Shown: piece by piece, positions 22,422-32,715 of the stretch
Position numbering within the stretch: position 1 is the stretch's first letter
Layout of the letters: each line of letters starts with the position of its first letter
Assembly: GCA_026936335.1 (NCBI GenBank)
Contig: JAPMXV010000005.1
Location: 336,636 to 400,635, forward strand
DNA: 64,000 bases
DNA from: Mantamonas sphyraenae STR306
Taxonomy: Eukaryota > Protista > CRuMs
Direction: 5' to 3'
The notes under the pieces: generated by a model
What the model was told of the DNA's origin: nothing
Seen by the model: the letters and a program-made list of their open reading frames with translations, nothing else
Databases searched by the model: none
Position numbers and translations under genes: made by a program

Positions 22422-23817
22422 TCACTCTTCCCAGAAAAAGGTGTGCACGGTGCGTTCTGTGTACGGAGTGCCGGGAGACAGGATGATGGAGGGGAACGAT
22501 GGCACGTTGACGGCGTTGATGTAGGACTGGCACTCGAGGCACATGCCCGACAGAGGGCCGTAGACGGCGCCCTGGGCACCGTTGGTTTCCTTGAGCATGC
22601 CGGCTGTGTAGAGGTGGACAGTAGGATGGGTGGTAAGGACATCCATGCGGCGCATGGTGATAGGATCGCGCACGGAGGCGGCAAAGACGAGCTCCTTGTC
22701 CGCAGCATCATCCTGTTGCTCCTCCGAGGCGAGGGCATCCTGGATGGACTTGGAGTGGTCGAGGCCGACAGAGGCAAGGAGGTCTTGCATGGCCTTGGAG
22801 GTGGGTTTGCGTGCAGTCTGTGTTTGAGTTTGGCGCTCGAGCACATAGGAGGAGTCGAACCCTGTAGGGTGGGCGTCCAGGTGGTAGCCAATTTCGGTGA
22901 TGGTGTGAAAATCGTAGGCGCTTTTGTGTACAGGGACAAGCTCGCCCGTGGGCAGCAGGGAATCGTCGAGCTCGAGGCGCTCGGCACTGTTGATGTACAG
23001 TTGGTGCCTGTCGACGGTGGCGGACGAAGCAGCTCCGTTGAGGTTCCAATAAGCGTGCTGGTGGGTGGTGGATGAGCAAAGGAATGAAGACAAGGGTCAG
23101 CAGGGTCAGCCGGTGTCAGGAAGGCGGGTGGGGTGGAACACATACGTTTGTAAGGCTGACGGGAGTGTTGCCGTCGCTGGTTGCGGTAAACTCGATGGTG
23201 AGGTCGCTGTGTGTGGTGAGCGTGTAGCGCACCTGGGTTTCCAACGTGGCTGGAAAGCCCTCCTCACCGTCTGGGCTTGTGTAGGTAAATGTGATGGAGG
23301 CCGAGTCTGCAGCGTCGCTCGAATCGTCGATGACACCCGTCCATACTTTGTCGTTGAAGCCACTGGTGCCTCCGTGAAGGGTGTGCTCACCGTTGTTTGC
23401 GTTGAGGGAATAGGTAGTTCCGTCGAGGTCAAAGGAAGCGCCGGAAATGCGGGAGGCGACACGGCCAACAGTGGCGCCAAAGTAGGCGTTGTGGGCCTGA
23501 AACTCCTCAAGAGTGTCAAAAGAAAGAATGACGTTGTAGAGAGGACCCTCGCAGACGAGCTCGCCGTTCTGGTTGAGATATGGGACGCAGACGGCGGAAA
23601 GGGCGGCACCGTATTCGATGACGCTGACGGTGAGACCGAGGCTGGTGGACAGAGTGAACTCTTTGACCTCACGCCCGTCATGCATGGTGCCAAAGGTACG
23701 TGAGGAGACGGAGACAGAGGCAGAGGTGGAGGAGGAACCGGAGGAGGTTGATTCCTGCGGGTGGGCAGCCTTGCTCTTGGCCACAGCCAGTTTGAGGGCT
23801 TCCAATTGGTTGGACAT
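22422..23817 (-). CDS. GALM: Aldose 1-epimerase (galactose mutarotase), 2 exons (23817-23146, 23057-22422)
   Basis: YFGATVGRVASRI, HTLHGG, GEEGFP, and SLTN|HAYWNL joined across intron 23145-23058 (GTATGT...CAG); CLECQ. Confidence 0.95.
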
Positions 23818-23914
23818 GCTGGAGTTGTTTTGGATGGGTTGGTTGGCGGGACGAGGGGAGGAGGATGAGGGATTTGTTGATGGCGCGCAGGCGGAAGCAA
23901 CCTCGAGAGGCAAC

Positions 23915-26074
23915 ATGAGCGCAGGCGCAAAGACGAGCCATGGTCGTCGGTCGCGCCAGGAAGCGTTCCATGATCAGCAAGATGAGGAGAATGGGGTGGA
24001 GGAGACACGAGAGAACCGACGCAGAGCTGTGCGACGTACAGGCAGACGTGACGGAAGCAAACGCACACAGACTCCGGCAGAGAGGCATGAGGCGCGACAG
24101 AGTCTGATGTACGCAGGATCATCGTCGTCAGAGAGGGCTGCACGTGGTGACGAGGAAGAGGATACATGGGACGGAAGTGGGATGGACGCAGCATCAGCAT
24201 CGTCGTCGTCGTCGTCGTCGTCGTCATCGTCGTCGTCGGCAGCTGCAGGTGGAGCGACGGGCACAGCGGGCAAGGAGACGCGGCGAGTGCGGTTTTCAAC
24301 ACCGTCTGCGTCGTCTCGATCGATCACATTCGGGAAGCGTCATCTGTTCCGGAATCGGGCGAGCCGGGAGGCCGGAGAGAGCAGGGACAGCAAACGGAAG
24401 ATGGATGTGGTGAGGCGCATGGAGAACGAGGCACTGGAGGAGGCAGGGGAGGTGGCACGAGAGGAGGACGAGGACGAGGACGAGGAAGAGGAAGAGGCGT
24501 TGTTGCTGCTGGAGGCCGGAGAGGACAACGAGTCGGAGGGAGGGCGGTACAACCACTTTGGGGACCGTATGGCGCGACTGGGCCAGCGTCGCAAGAGAGT
24601 GCGGCTAAACACGCCGAGGAGTTTGGATGGGGCGCTGGAGAACACGTCGTCTGCGTCGTCTGCGTCGTCGACGGAATCGGACTCGGACTCTGCGCCCACG
24701 GCGGCCGGGAGACAGAAGAGGAGGCTGCATTCGCTGGAGGAGGACATGGAGCTGAACTTGAACTTGGAAGAGGATGAAGAACGGCAGGACAGGAAGCGGA
24801 GGCGAGGCGTGAATGTGGTGGTACAGGGACTGTCGAAAATCTCGCTGAATGGCTCGAGCAGCTCGAGCAGCAGTGGCGAGGGCGTGAGTGCGTCGCCGGT
24901 GTCGCACAAGGGGGTGCAAACAGATGTGTTGAAGTGGAACAACCAGTATGCAGAGATTGACGAAGAGCTGCTGCTGGAGGAGAGCAAACGGGGCGAGTTT
25001 GGGCGCAGCCAGCGAGCAATCCAGCACATGGACGATGTGGAGCGGAACGACTACATGCTGTGGGCGGCAGCTCGTCTGGAGGTGTTGAACAACACGGAAC
25101 GGTCGATGGCCCAGCGTCAGAAGCAGATCACCGAGGAAAAGGCGGTGCTGAGCAAGATCCTACAGAAGCTCACCGCGCGAGCGAGTCTGTATCGTCGGGC
25201 CATCGATCTGAGCAACCTGTACGGGTTGACAAGCGAGTATCGGTTGCTGTTGTGGCTGATGCCGAGTGATGCGCGTGGCCAACTGCTTGCAGATCTGCAA
25301 CAGGTGGGTGAACAGGGCGCCGATGTGCTTCTGCTTCACTTTTCGATGGTACGCACACTGATTGACGACGCATTCTTGGAGGGGATGGAGGCGACCGTGC
25401 GTGGATACTACCACGAGTGGATGGAGCTGGACGAGTGGGATGACGAGGGATCGGAGGCGTGCAGCACGTTGTTGGAGATTGACCGGCTGCTGACGGTTGA
25501 CTGTGGGTGCTCGAGGGCGGGCGGGCGGTGTACGTGCTTTGACGGCGTGACGGCGGAAGACATTGCTCAGTGGCAGGTGCTGCTGAATCTTTTTGAGCTG
25601 GAGAGCGGGAAATATTCTGAGTTGATTATTGGGTCGGGGGCACAGGAGATGCAGGATATGCTAGACTCGTTCCGGGAGGTGCCGTCGAGCCACGGGCCGA
25701 CGCTGGATGCGTTTGGGGCAGTGTCGATCACAGACGTGGTGGGGCGTGCGCAGCGGCTGCAACATCTGCACCGACGCTTCAACTCGCTGCTTCCGTCGCA
25801 GCACATGTGGGACTGGGAGATCAAGCGACAGATTGTAGAGAGCATGGAGCGAGTGCTGGTGGCTGTGCAGATCCGCAGACTGTACAGCGGCGCGGATGTG
25901 CAGGCATTCCTCGCGCGGCACGGGCTGTTCGACAGCCACGGAAGCGGCGGGGCGGAAGAGGAAGAAACCGAGGTGAGGAGGGTGCCAGCCAAAAGCAAGG
26001 TGAGAGACGACGAGATGGTCAAGTCGACGCTCAAGTTGTTGACGATCCGGTTGTGGCGAAGCCAGCGAGGGTGA
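23915..26074 (+). CDS. Hypothetical protein: low-complexity N-half with NLS-like motifs, helical C-half
   Basis: Long ORF with codon style like neighbouring + strand genes; RRKRVRL, RKRRR. No family recognised; start uncertain and a 5' intron is possible. Confidence 0.65.
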   Translation: MSAGAKTSHGRRSRQEAFHDQQDEENGVEETRENRRRAVRRTGRRDGSKRTQTPAERHEARQSLMYAGSSSSERAARGDEEEDTWDGSGMDAASASSSSSSSSSSSSSAAAGGATGTAGKETRRVRFSTPSASSRSITFGKRHLFRNRASREAGESRDSKRKMDVVRRMENEALEEAGEVAREEDEDEDEEEEEALLLLEAGEDNESEGGRYNHFGDRMARLGQRRKRVRLNTPRSLDGALENTSSASSASSTESDSDSAPTAAGRQKRRLHSLEEDMELNLNLEEDEERQDRKRRRGVNVVVQGLSKISLNGSSSSSSSGEGVSASPVSHKGVQTDVLKWNNQYAEIDEELLLEESKRGEFGRSQRAIQHMDDVERNDYMLWAAARLEVLNNTERSMAQRQKQITEEKAVLSKILQKLTARASLYRRAIDLSNLYGLTSEYRLLLWLMPSDARGQLLADLQQVGEQGADVLLLHFSMVRTLIDDAFLEGMEATVRGYYHEWMELDEWDDEGSEACSTLLEIDRLLTVDCGCSRAGGRCTCFDGVTAEDIAQWQVLLNLFELESGKYSELIIGSGAQEMQDMLDSFREVPSSHGPTLDAFGAVSITDVVGRAQRLQHLHRRFNSLLPSQHMWDWEIKRQIVESMERVLVAVQIRRLYSGADVQAFLARHGLFDSHGSGGAEEEETEVRRVPAKSKVRDDEMVKSTLKLLTIRLWRSQRG
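24200..24237 (+). repeat. (TCG)n coding microsatellite (poly-Ser); a similar tract lies at ~9091-9117
   Basis: Directly visible trinucleotide run. Confidence 0.9.
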
Positions 26075-26138
26075 CGGGGTGGCGGCGGAGGGGAAGACGC
26101 GGGGAGGGAGAGGGCGCCCGGAAATCAACCAGATCTGG

Positions 26139-26564
26139 TCAAAGGCCGTCCTCTTCGTCCATCAGGTCTTGTTCGGTCTTGCGCACGAGGGCGAGTTGGA
26201 AACGCAGTTGGGACTCTTCGTACTGTGGGATGGGGCGGAGCAGAGAGAGGTGTGTGAGAGGGAGGGCGGGTGGCGGGGAAAACGTCGGGTGCGCATTGGC
26301 CCGCACCACGAATGGCAGGAAACTGACCAGGAGTTCGTTAATCTTGTCCTGGAGGAGATCACGCATTTGCTCCAAGGTCTGTTGCTCGACCTGCATCTTT
26401 TGCAGGACGTACTGGGGTGGCAGGGCGGTTGCGTCGCGGACGTCGGCGAGGGTGTTTTCCTCCTGGAGCTGGGCCTGAATGGTGGCGTTTGCGGCCTTGA
26501 CGAGCTGCGTAGTGCTTTCGTCGATGTGGACCGAGGCGATCGAGGGCTTGTTTCGTCGGCTCAT
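26139..26564 (-). CDS. Small coiled-coil protein, possibly SNAPC5/SNAP19-like, 2 exons (26564-26328, 26222-26139), 106 aa
   Basis: Removing intron 26327-26223 (GTCAGT...CAG) gives LQKMQVEQQTLEQMRDLLQDKINELLYEESQLRFQL. Confidence 0.55.
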   Translation of the reverse strand: MSRRNKPSIASVHIDESTTQLVKAANATIQAQLQEENTLADVRDATALPPQYVLQKMQVEQQTLEQMRDLLQDKINELLVSFLPFVVRANAHPTFSPPPALPLTHLSLLRPIPQYEESQLRFQLALVRKTEQDLMDEEDGL

Positions 26565-26622
26565 GGGTGCGTGATGGGTCGGGGGGCGCAAGCCGCGCCA
26601 AGTGCGTTCCGTGTTGGTGCAG

Positions 26623-27861
26623 ATGAACCGGGATGTGACACATCACAGGAAGGACCTGCTGTTGAAAGCAATGAGGCAGAACGACGTGGAGGAAGCACGC
26701 AAAGTGCTGCAAGGGTCGATTGAGCTGCAGGAGGCCTTCTACGCGCAGTACGCAAGGCAGAAAGAGGTGCGAGTGCTGACAGAGGCACTGCTGGAGACCG
26801 AGAATCTGTGGAGATTGAGGGTTTTGGAGCTGGATAACTGTGCAATGGACGACGAGCAAGCAAAGCAGTTGGCAACTGCAATTGCGTGCACGTTGCGTCT
26901 GGCGTCTCTGCAGGTGCGCAAGTGTCCACTGGGAGACGCAGGTGTCAAGTGGATCTCTGAAGGGGTGTTTTCGTGTCAGAGAATCGTATGCTTGGTGCTA
27001 GAGGACGTGTCGATGACTGAGGCGGGAGCAGTGGAGCTGGTGCGATTGCTTCGCTTCAACGAGTCGCTTCAGCTGCTGAGCCTGGAGCACAACGACCTTT
27101 CGGGTGTACAGCTTGGCAAAGAGATTGCAACGTTGCTGCGCAAACATCCGGGGCTGGCATTGCTCTCGCTTCGCATGTGCAACTTGCGGCCGATTCAGGT
27201 GGAGCACATCGCTGGCAGCCTGGCCAAGAACAGCACATTGCAGCAGCTGATCCTTCAGCAGGAAAGCAAACGTTATATCAACATGCCAAGAGATGTGCTA
27301 AAGACAAACACGACGATGTTCTCATTTGGCGGGTCCATGCACACAAACGGACAAAAGCAGCTGGCAGAGAACAAGGAGGCATGTCTTGGGCTGTTGGAGG
27401 CGGTGCGTAAGGGCGACTGTGAAAGCGTGCACGACGACTATCTGATGAACGGTGTCTGCGTGGACACGTTGGCTGGCATGGAGGCGACTCCGTTGATGAT
27501 TGCCATCGCAAACGAGGATGTTGCGATGTGCAAGTTGCTTCAAGAGTGGCATGCGAGACCAAGTATGATGATTTGTGGCAAAACGGCATGCAGCATGCTG
27601 GTGGAGCGAGGATGGAGCAAGAGATGGCACTTTCTGTGGGCTGAGGAGTTGGACCAGGCGCTGAAGATGCTCCTGCTGATGAACGGGGAAGAACGCGACG
27701 TGATGTTCGAGTCGGGAGGGATGGAATCGTATGAGGCGACTGCAGACTGGTGGACATTGCCGGATGAAGTGGTGGCGCGCATCCAGAGGCACTTGATCGG
27801 GTGGACGGCAGAGCTGGGCACGTGGCGCGCAAGGGGACACCGCTCACCGCTTGAAGAATGA
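26623..27861 (+). CDS. RNI-like LRR + ankyrin + conserved C-terminal tail protein, paralogue 1
   Basis: ~28-aa LRRs, ankyrin TPLMIA, tail LLMNGEERDVMFESGGMESYEATADWWTLPDEV. Confidence 0.8.
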   Translation: MNRDVTHHRKDLLLKAMRQNDVEEARKVLQGSIELQEAFYAQYARQKEVRVLTEALLETENLWRLRVLELDNCAMDDEQAKQLATAIACTLRLASLQVRKCPLGDAGVKWISEGVFSCQRIVCLVLEDVSMTEAGAVELVRLLRFNESLQLLSLEHNDLSGVQLGKEIATLLRKHPGLALLSLRMCNLRPIQVEHIAGSLAKNSTLQQLILQQESKRYINMPRDVLKTNTTMFSFGGSMHTNGQKQLAENKEACLGLLEAVRKGDCESVHDDYLMNGVCVDTLAGMEATPLMIAIANEDVAMCKLLQEWHARPSMMICGKTACSMLVERGWSKRWHFLWAEELDQALKMLLLMNGEERDVMFESGGMESYEATADWWTLPDEVVARIQRHLIGWTAELGTWRARGHRSPLEE

Positions 27862-29516
27862 ATTTCGTGTCGGATGCCAACACGCCACATATGCGTGCAA
27901 TTGCACGTGCACTGCAGCGGGGCAACATGGAGGAGTGCGCAGAACTGCTTGCCGGTGTCGAACAGGTGCGGCTCTCTGCGCTCATGCTGAACAGTTTGGG
28001 GGTCCAACTGCTGAGTGAACTGCTTCCAGATAGTGTTCATACGGTGTGGATGGACCACACAAACCTGCAGCCCGATGACGTGGCGGTGCTGGCGGCAGGA
28101 GTAGCGCGAGTGCACGTGCACGTGCTCAGAGTCGTCAACAACCGCATCCAAGATCGGGGTGCGCTGGCATTGGCACTGTGGCTTCGCAAAATGCCATACT
28201 TGCGCGAGTTGTCGCTCTCGGGGTGTGGACTGGGCGAGGCAGGGGTGGCCGCGGTTGTGAATTCCCTGCAAGACGCCAACTCCGTGAAGGTGCTTGATCT
28301 AACGAGGAACGCAGTGGAGGAAGAGGGTGCGAAAGCCTTGGCCACGTGGCTGGGTGATGCAGAGTGTGGGTTGTGCAGGTTGGCGCTGGAAAGTTGCGGA
28401 TTGCCGCGCGAGGGTGTGAAGGCCTTGGCTGAGGGCTTGGCGCGATGCAAGAGCTTGCAGCATTTGGATATTTCGGGGAACTTGTTGGGTGAGGTGGGCA
28501 CGGTTGTGCTGGCAGAAGGACTGGAAGGAAACGCAACCTTGCGTACGCTGAAGGCAAACAAGATCAGCGCAGGAAACGACGGTGCGGTGGCCCTTGCGGA
28601 AATGCTGAGGAGGAACGAAAGCCTCGTCCGTGTGGAACTGCAGAGCAATCGGATGCGCAATGCGGGGGAGGCGTTCCGGGAAGCGCTTGCAGAAAACGCG
28701 ACGGTTGCCGAACTTCGTTTGGGACACAACGTGGAAAGCCAGGAGGCGACTCAGGATCTGCTGTATGCACTGTGCACGAGCAGGTCGCTGCAAAGCTTGG
28801 AGCTGTGGTCGATGCAGCGCTTCGGACGGTTGGAGTTGCAGTCGCTGCGTTTGCCCGCGTCTGTGCAGCGAGTCCACCTGATGGGTGGCATGGTGGAAGA
28901 CAAAGAGTTGGAACGGCTTTTGGATGGGAACCGGCGAGTGTGGAGCTGTCCCGGGGTTCCTCGTGAAAACGTGGACCAAGCCAAGGCACTTCTTGCGGCA
29001 GCGACAGTTGGGGACGTGGAGCAGGTGCAGGCGCTTCTTGAGTGGGGCGTGCATGTCGATGCGTGGCCTGACTTTGAGAACACTCCGCTGATGTGTGCGG
29101 TGGAGCAGGGTCACGAAGAGGTTGGGAAGCTGCTGAAGGACTGGGGAGCAAGAGGCGATGTTTTTCCGTTGGAAAGAATGGTCTGTGCCGAGGACATAGC
29201 GCACAGACGTGCTTGGTCGCAGGTGTGGCATTGGCTGTGGGGGGGGAAGCTGGACGAGGCGATGGAAACGGCGTTGGTGATGAACGGTGAGGAGAGGGAG
29301 GTGATGTTTGAGGCGGGCGGGATGGAGGCGTACGAAGCGAGTGCAGAGTGGGTGACACTGCCGGATGAGGTGATGGAGAGGGTGGTTGGATGGATGGCGC
29401 GCGGGGGGGGCGCAACGAATGAGCACGCGAGGAATCAAGAGCAAGCGGGTGACGGTGTTTGCTGTGAAGGGCGAGGACACAGAGGATGGGGAACAAGGGA
29501 CGGCTGTGCAATGTAA
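27858..29516 (+). CDS. RNI-like LRR + ankyrin + conserved tail protein, paralogue 2; true stop may be near 29420
   Basis: LRRs (GAKALA...LxLxxN), ankyrin NTPLMCAVEQGH, tail VMNGEEREVMFEAGGMEAYEASAEWVTLPDEV. Confidence 0.82.
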   Translation: MNFVSDANTPHMRAIARALQRGNMEECAELLAGVEQVRLSALMLNSLGVQLLSELLPDSVHTVWMDHTNLQPDDVAVLAAGVARVHVHVLRVVNNRIQDRGALALALWLRKMPYLRELSLSGCGLGEAGVAAVVNSLQDANSVKVLDLTRNAVEEEGAKALATWLGDAECGLCRLALESCGLPREGVKALAEGLARCKSLQHLDISGNLLGEVGTVVLAEGLEGNATLRTLKANKISAGNDGAVALAEMLRRNESLVRVELQSNRMRNAGEAFREALAENATVAELRLGHNVESQEATQDLLYALCTSRSLQSLELWSMQRFGRLELQSLRLPASVQRVHLMGGMVEDKELERLLDGNRRVWSCPGVPRENVDQAKALLAAATVGDVEQVQALLEWGVHVDAWPDFENTPLMCAVEQGHEEVGKLLKDWGARGDVFPLERMVCAEDIAHRRAWSQVWHWLWGGKLDEAMETALVMNGEEREVMFEAGGMEAYEASAEWVTLPDEVMERVVGWMARGGGATNEHARNQEQAGDGVCCEGRGHRGWGTRDGCAM

Positions 29517-30966
29517 TGCGAATGGGATTCGAGATTTCGTGCGCAAGGCAGCGGCCGCTCTGCGAATTTCCTTGAAAGCTGCGACGCTTGTGGACGCCGC
29601 CACTGGGGAGCAGCTGACGGGAAAGAGCACCCTTGTGGAAGGAATGCGCATTTGTGTGGTGGAACCACGAAAGAAGCCTCGTAAGGGGGTGGAGGCTGTG
29701 GAAAGCACAGTGGCGGAGTCGCAAGGGTCACAAGTGTCGGCGCTTGTGGCGATTGAGTTGTCGCAGAAGCGGAGGACGAGGAGGAGCGATGTGGAGGTGT
29801 GTCTGGTGGCAGAAGCGTCGCCTGTGGAGGAAGAGGCGATGAAGCAGTTGGAAAATGTGGCTGAAGGGCTGGACAACGTAGTGGCGGCGGCGGGGATGCC
29901 CGATCTGCACGTCGGCCCGACGTATCCGATTGGGGCAAGCATTGCGACGGATGGGGTGCTCTTTCCCGTTCTCATTGGAACAGACATTGGGTGCGGGATG
30001 CGGCTTGTGGAAACACCGCTGAAGGCAGGGAAGGGAGCAAAGAAAAGCTGGATTTCGCGCTTGGAGGAGGACATGGAGACGCCTGTGGAGGAGGAGGAGC
30101 TGAACAGCTGGTTGCAAGAGCAAGGTCTGGGCCAGGCAGCGGAAGAGGTTCCGTTTGCGTCAAGCATGGGGACGATCGGAAGGGGCAACCACTTTGCGGA
30201 ATTGGTGGAGGTGGATGAGGTGGTTGACGAAGAGGCTTTTGAGGCCATGGGGCTGGACAAGCAGCGTATGCAGCTGCTGGTGCACAGTGGCAGCCGTGGT
30301 TTTGGAAAGTCCATTTTGAACGCGCATCTAGAGGCGAACGGCAACACAGGCATGCGCGAAGGGAGCACGGAGGGGCTCAAGTACCTGGAGCAACATGACC
30401 TAGCTTGCCAATGGGCAGTAGCCAACCGGGGGTTGATTGTGCGTCGCTTTCTGCGGTGCTGTGGGGTTGCAGACGAGTACCTGGACGGGACAAAGGTGGT
30501 GCTGGACATCTGGCACAACTTTATGGAGAAAGTGCATTTTGCCGGAGTGGACAAAGACCTATGGGTGCATCGCAAGGGTGCAGCGCCATCCACAGAGCCA
30601 GTGGCTGTTGTTCCGGGCTCGCGTGGAGACTTCAGCTGGCTGGTGCGGTGCTGCACTGAAAGTTCTGAAGCGCTGGAGCGGGCCTCATTCAGCATTGCAC
30701 ATGGGAGTGGGCGACAGATGAGCCGCTCCAAGGCGTTTTCCATGGCCAAGGACCGGTTCAGCGTGTCGCAACTGCGGACAACGGAACTGGACAGCACGGT
30801 GATCTGCAATGACAAAACACTGCTCTACGAAGAGTTTCCAGGGGCTTACAAGGCCTCGACGCCAGTTGTGGAGGACCTGGTTGCAAATGGATTGGTGACG
30901 GTCGTGGCCAAGCTGCGTCCTGTGTTGACGTTCAAAGTCGGCGGAGGCGGGAAGCGGGATGGATGA
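29419..30966 (+). CDS. rtcB: RtcB-family RNA ligase of the RtcB2 (release factor H-coupled) type, with extra N-terminal domain
   Basis: MPDLH, DIGCGM, GTIGRGNHFAE, HSGSRG, HN, HRKGA, PGSRG, AHGSGR, EE..GAYK, LRPVLTFK: the expected metal ligands and nucleophilic His are present. Confidence 0.92.
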   Translation: MSTRGIKSKRVTVFAVKGEDTEDGEQGTAVQCNANGIRDFVRKAAAALRISLKAATLVDAATGEQLTGKSTLVEGMRICVVEPRKKPRKGVEAVESTVAESQGSQVSALVAIELSQKRRTRRSDVEVCLVAEASPVEEEAMKQLENVAEGLDNVVAAAGMPDLHVGPTYPIGASIATDGVLFPVLIGTDIGCGMRLVETPLKAGKGAKKSWISRLEEDMETPVEEEELNSWLQEQGLGQAAEEVPFASSMGTIGRGNHFAELVEVDEVVDEEAFEAMGLDKQRMQLLVHSGSRGFGKSILNAHLEANGNTGMREGSTEGLKYLEQHDLACQWAVANRGLIVRRFLRCCGVADEYLDGTKVVLDIWHNFMEKVHFAGVDKDLWVHRKGAAPSTEPVAVVPGSRGDFSWLVRCCTESSEALERASFSIAHGSGRQMSRSKAFSMAKDRFSVSQLRTTELDSTVICNDKTLLYEEFPGAYKASTPVVEDLVANGLVTVVAKLRPVLTFKVGGGGKRDG

Positions 30967-30973
30967 GCGATGA

Positions 30974-32711
30974 ATGAAGAAGGCAATGCAGCTGGTTGAC
31001 CGGTCCGTTGATGAGGTTCGAAGCTTGGGAAATGCATCCAGGGTCTGCCGCGTGACTCAGCAAGTGCGTCGTTTGGCACACGACAAACAAAGAGAGTGGC
31101 AAGGCCGTCGACACATGACATCAACAACGACGAGAGTGACAAAAGTGCGTGGCGTGTGTGTGTGTCATGACCCGCCAGTACGGAGCATCAACTGACACCG
31201 GGAATTCGTCGCAGCTGGATCTCAGTCGAGATCTGGACAGGGACCAGCGAGAGAATGTCTGCAAGGCACTGGAACAGGGGGTGGGTGATCATGGGAAATG
31301 GCTGCAGACCCTTGTGCTCGATAGATGCAAGATGGGCGTGCAAGGAGCGGAGTTGCTGGGCGACCTGGTGCCAGCCCTTCCGGCGCTGAAATCGCTTTCA
31401 GCGACGTACAACATGCTTGGAGACGAGGGTGCCGCGTCTGTTGGTACAGCCTTTGGGAAACACCAATGTCTGCGCTCGTTGCTCCTCGGACACAACGACA
31501 TCCGGGCCCGCGGAGCAGAAGCGCTGGCTCAGGCATTTGCCGACAATGACTTTCTGGAGGAAGTGGACCTGGCCTGCAATTCGATCGGTGATGATGGAGC
31601 AGAGGCAATGGCCTGGATGCTGCGTTCTAACCGCACGCTGCGCACGTTGTTGTTGCAGTCAAACAGCATCACAGAGAAGGGTGCCGCAGACTTTGGGCAA
31701 GCGTTGGCTGCAAACAGAACATTGCGAACCCTCAACCTGTACAACAACAAGATGCGAGACATCGGCGCAGCGGCTTTGGCTGCTGGACTGGAGGGAAACA
31801 CTTCGTTGAGGTACCTGGACGCTGGATTCTGCGAAATCGGCGACGACGGGGTCGAGGCACTTGCGCGCGCTCTCAAAACCAACAGCACACTGGAGGCGCT
31901 GAAACTGAACGGCAACGAAATCAATTCCAATGGCGGGGATGCGCTTGGCATGGCACTGGCTGTGAACAAAGGGTTGTGGTCGCTTTCTCTGTGGGAAAAC
32001 GTGTTGGGTCCATCTGGAAGCAGGGCACTGTGCAGGGGGTTGGCAAGCAACACCACACTGCGTTTCCTCGATATTGCCAGCGTTGATATGGGCTCAACTG
32101 GGTTCAGTGCGCTGTCCAAAGCTTTGGAGGAGAATCACACGCTTCAGGGGATCGAAATGGGCGGCGACAACGGGGATGTGGATGTGCTGCACTTGTTGCA
32201 AGCACTGGAAAACGGCAACAGGGCGCTCTGCAAATGTGGTGGGGTGTACCTGGCAGGACATGACGTGATGCTTCAGCGCAACGCCGCGGCTGCAGCTGCC
32301 TTGACTCAAGCTTGTGCTGAAGGAGACTCGACCAACATGGTCAAGTGGCTAGACCGAGGCGTACCAGTGGATGCAGTTGTGGAAACCAACATGGCACCTC
32401 GCGGGCGTACGGGTCTGGAGATGGCTTTGGTGGCTGAGCAGGACGAGGCGATTGCACTTTTGCGCGAGCGTGGCGCGCGCGTGCGGCTGCAAACGATGGA
32501 ACTGGCCATGGCAAAACCCTGGCGCACCGAATGGCACTGGATGTGGGCCCCGGAGGTGGATGGGGCGATGGAGGCTGCATTGATGATGAACTGGGAGGAA
32601 AGAGAGGCGATGTTTGAGGCGGGCGGGATGGAGGCGTACGAAGCGAGTGCGCTGTGGTGGACGCTGCCAGATGAGGTGATGGAGAGGGTGCTTGGATGGA
32701 TTGTTTGTTGA
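30974..32711 (+). CDS. RNI/NLRC3-like LRR + ankyrin + conserved tail protein, paralogue 3, 2 exons (30974-31144, 31215-32711)
   Basis: Regular 28-aa NxTLxxLxLxxNxIGDxGAxALA repeats; intron 31145-31214 (GTGCGT...CTGAC...CAG) in frame; same tail. Confidence 0.85.
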
Positions 32712-32715
32712 TGCC

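Noticed and set aside
28299-30815. 838-aa minus-strand ORF, and similar overlapping ORFs across the window
   Set aside because: Antisense to well-supported genes; expected at high GC content.
26623-32711. NLR immune receptors
   Set aside because: The LRRs are NLRC3/RNI-like, but no NACHT/NB-ARC P-loop is present.
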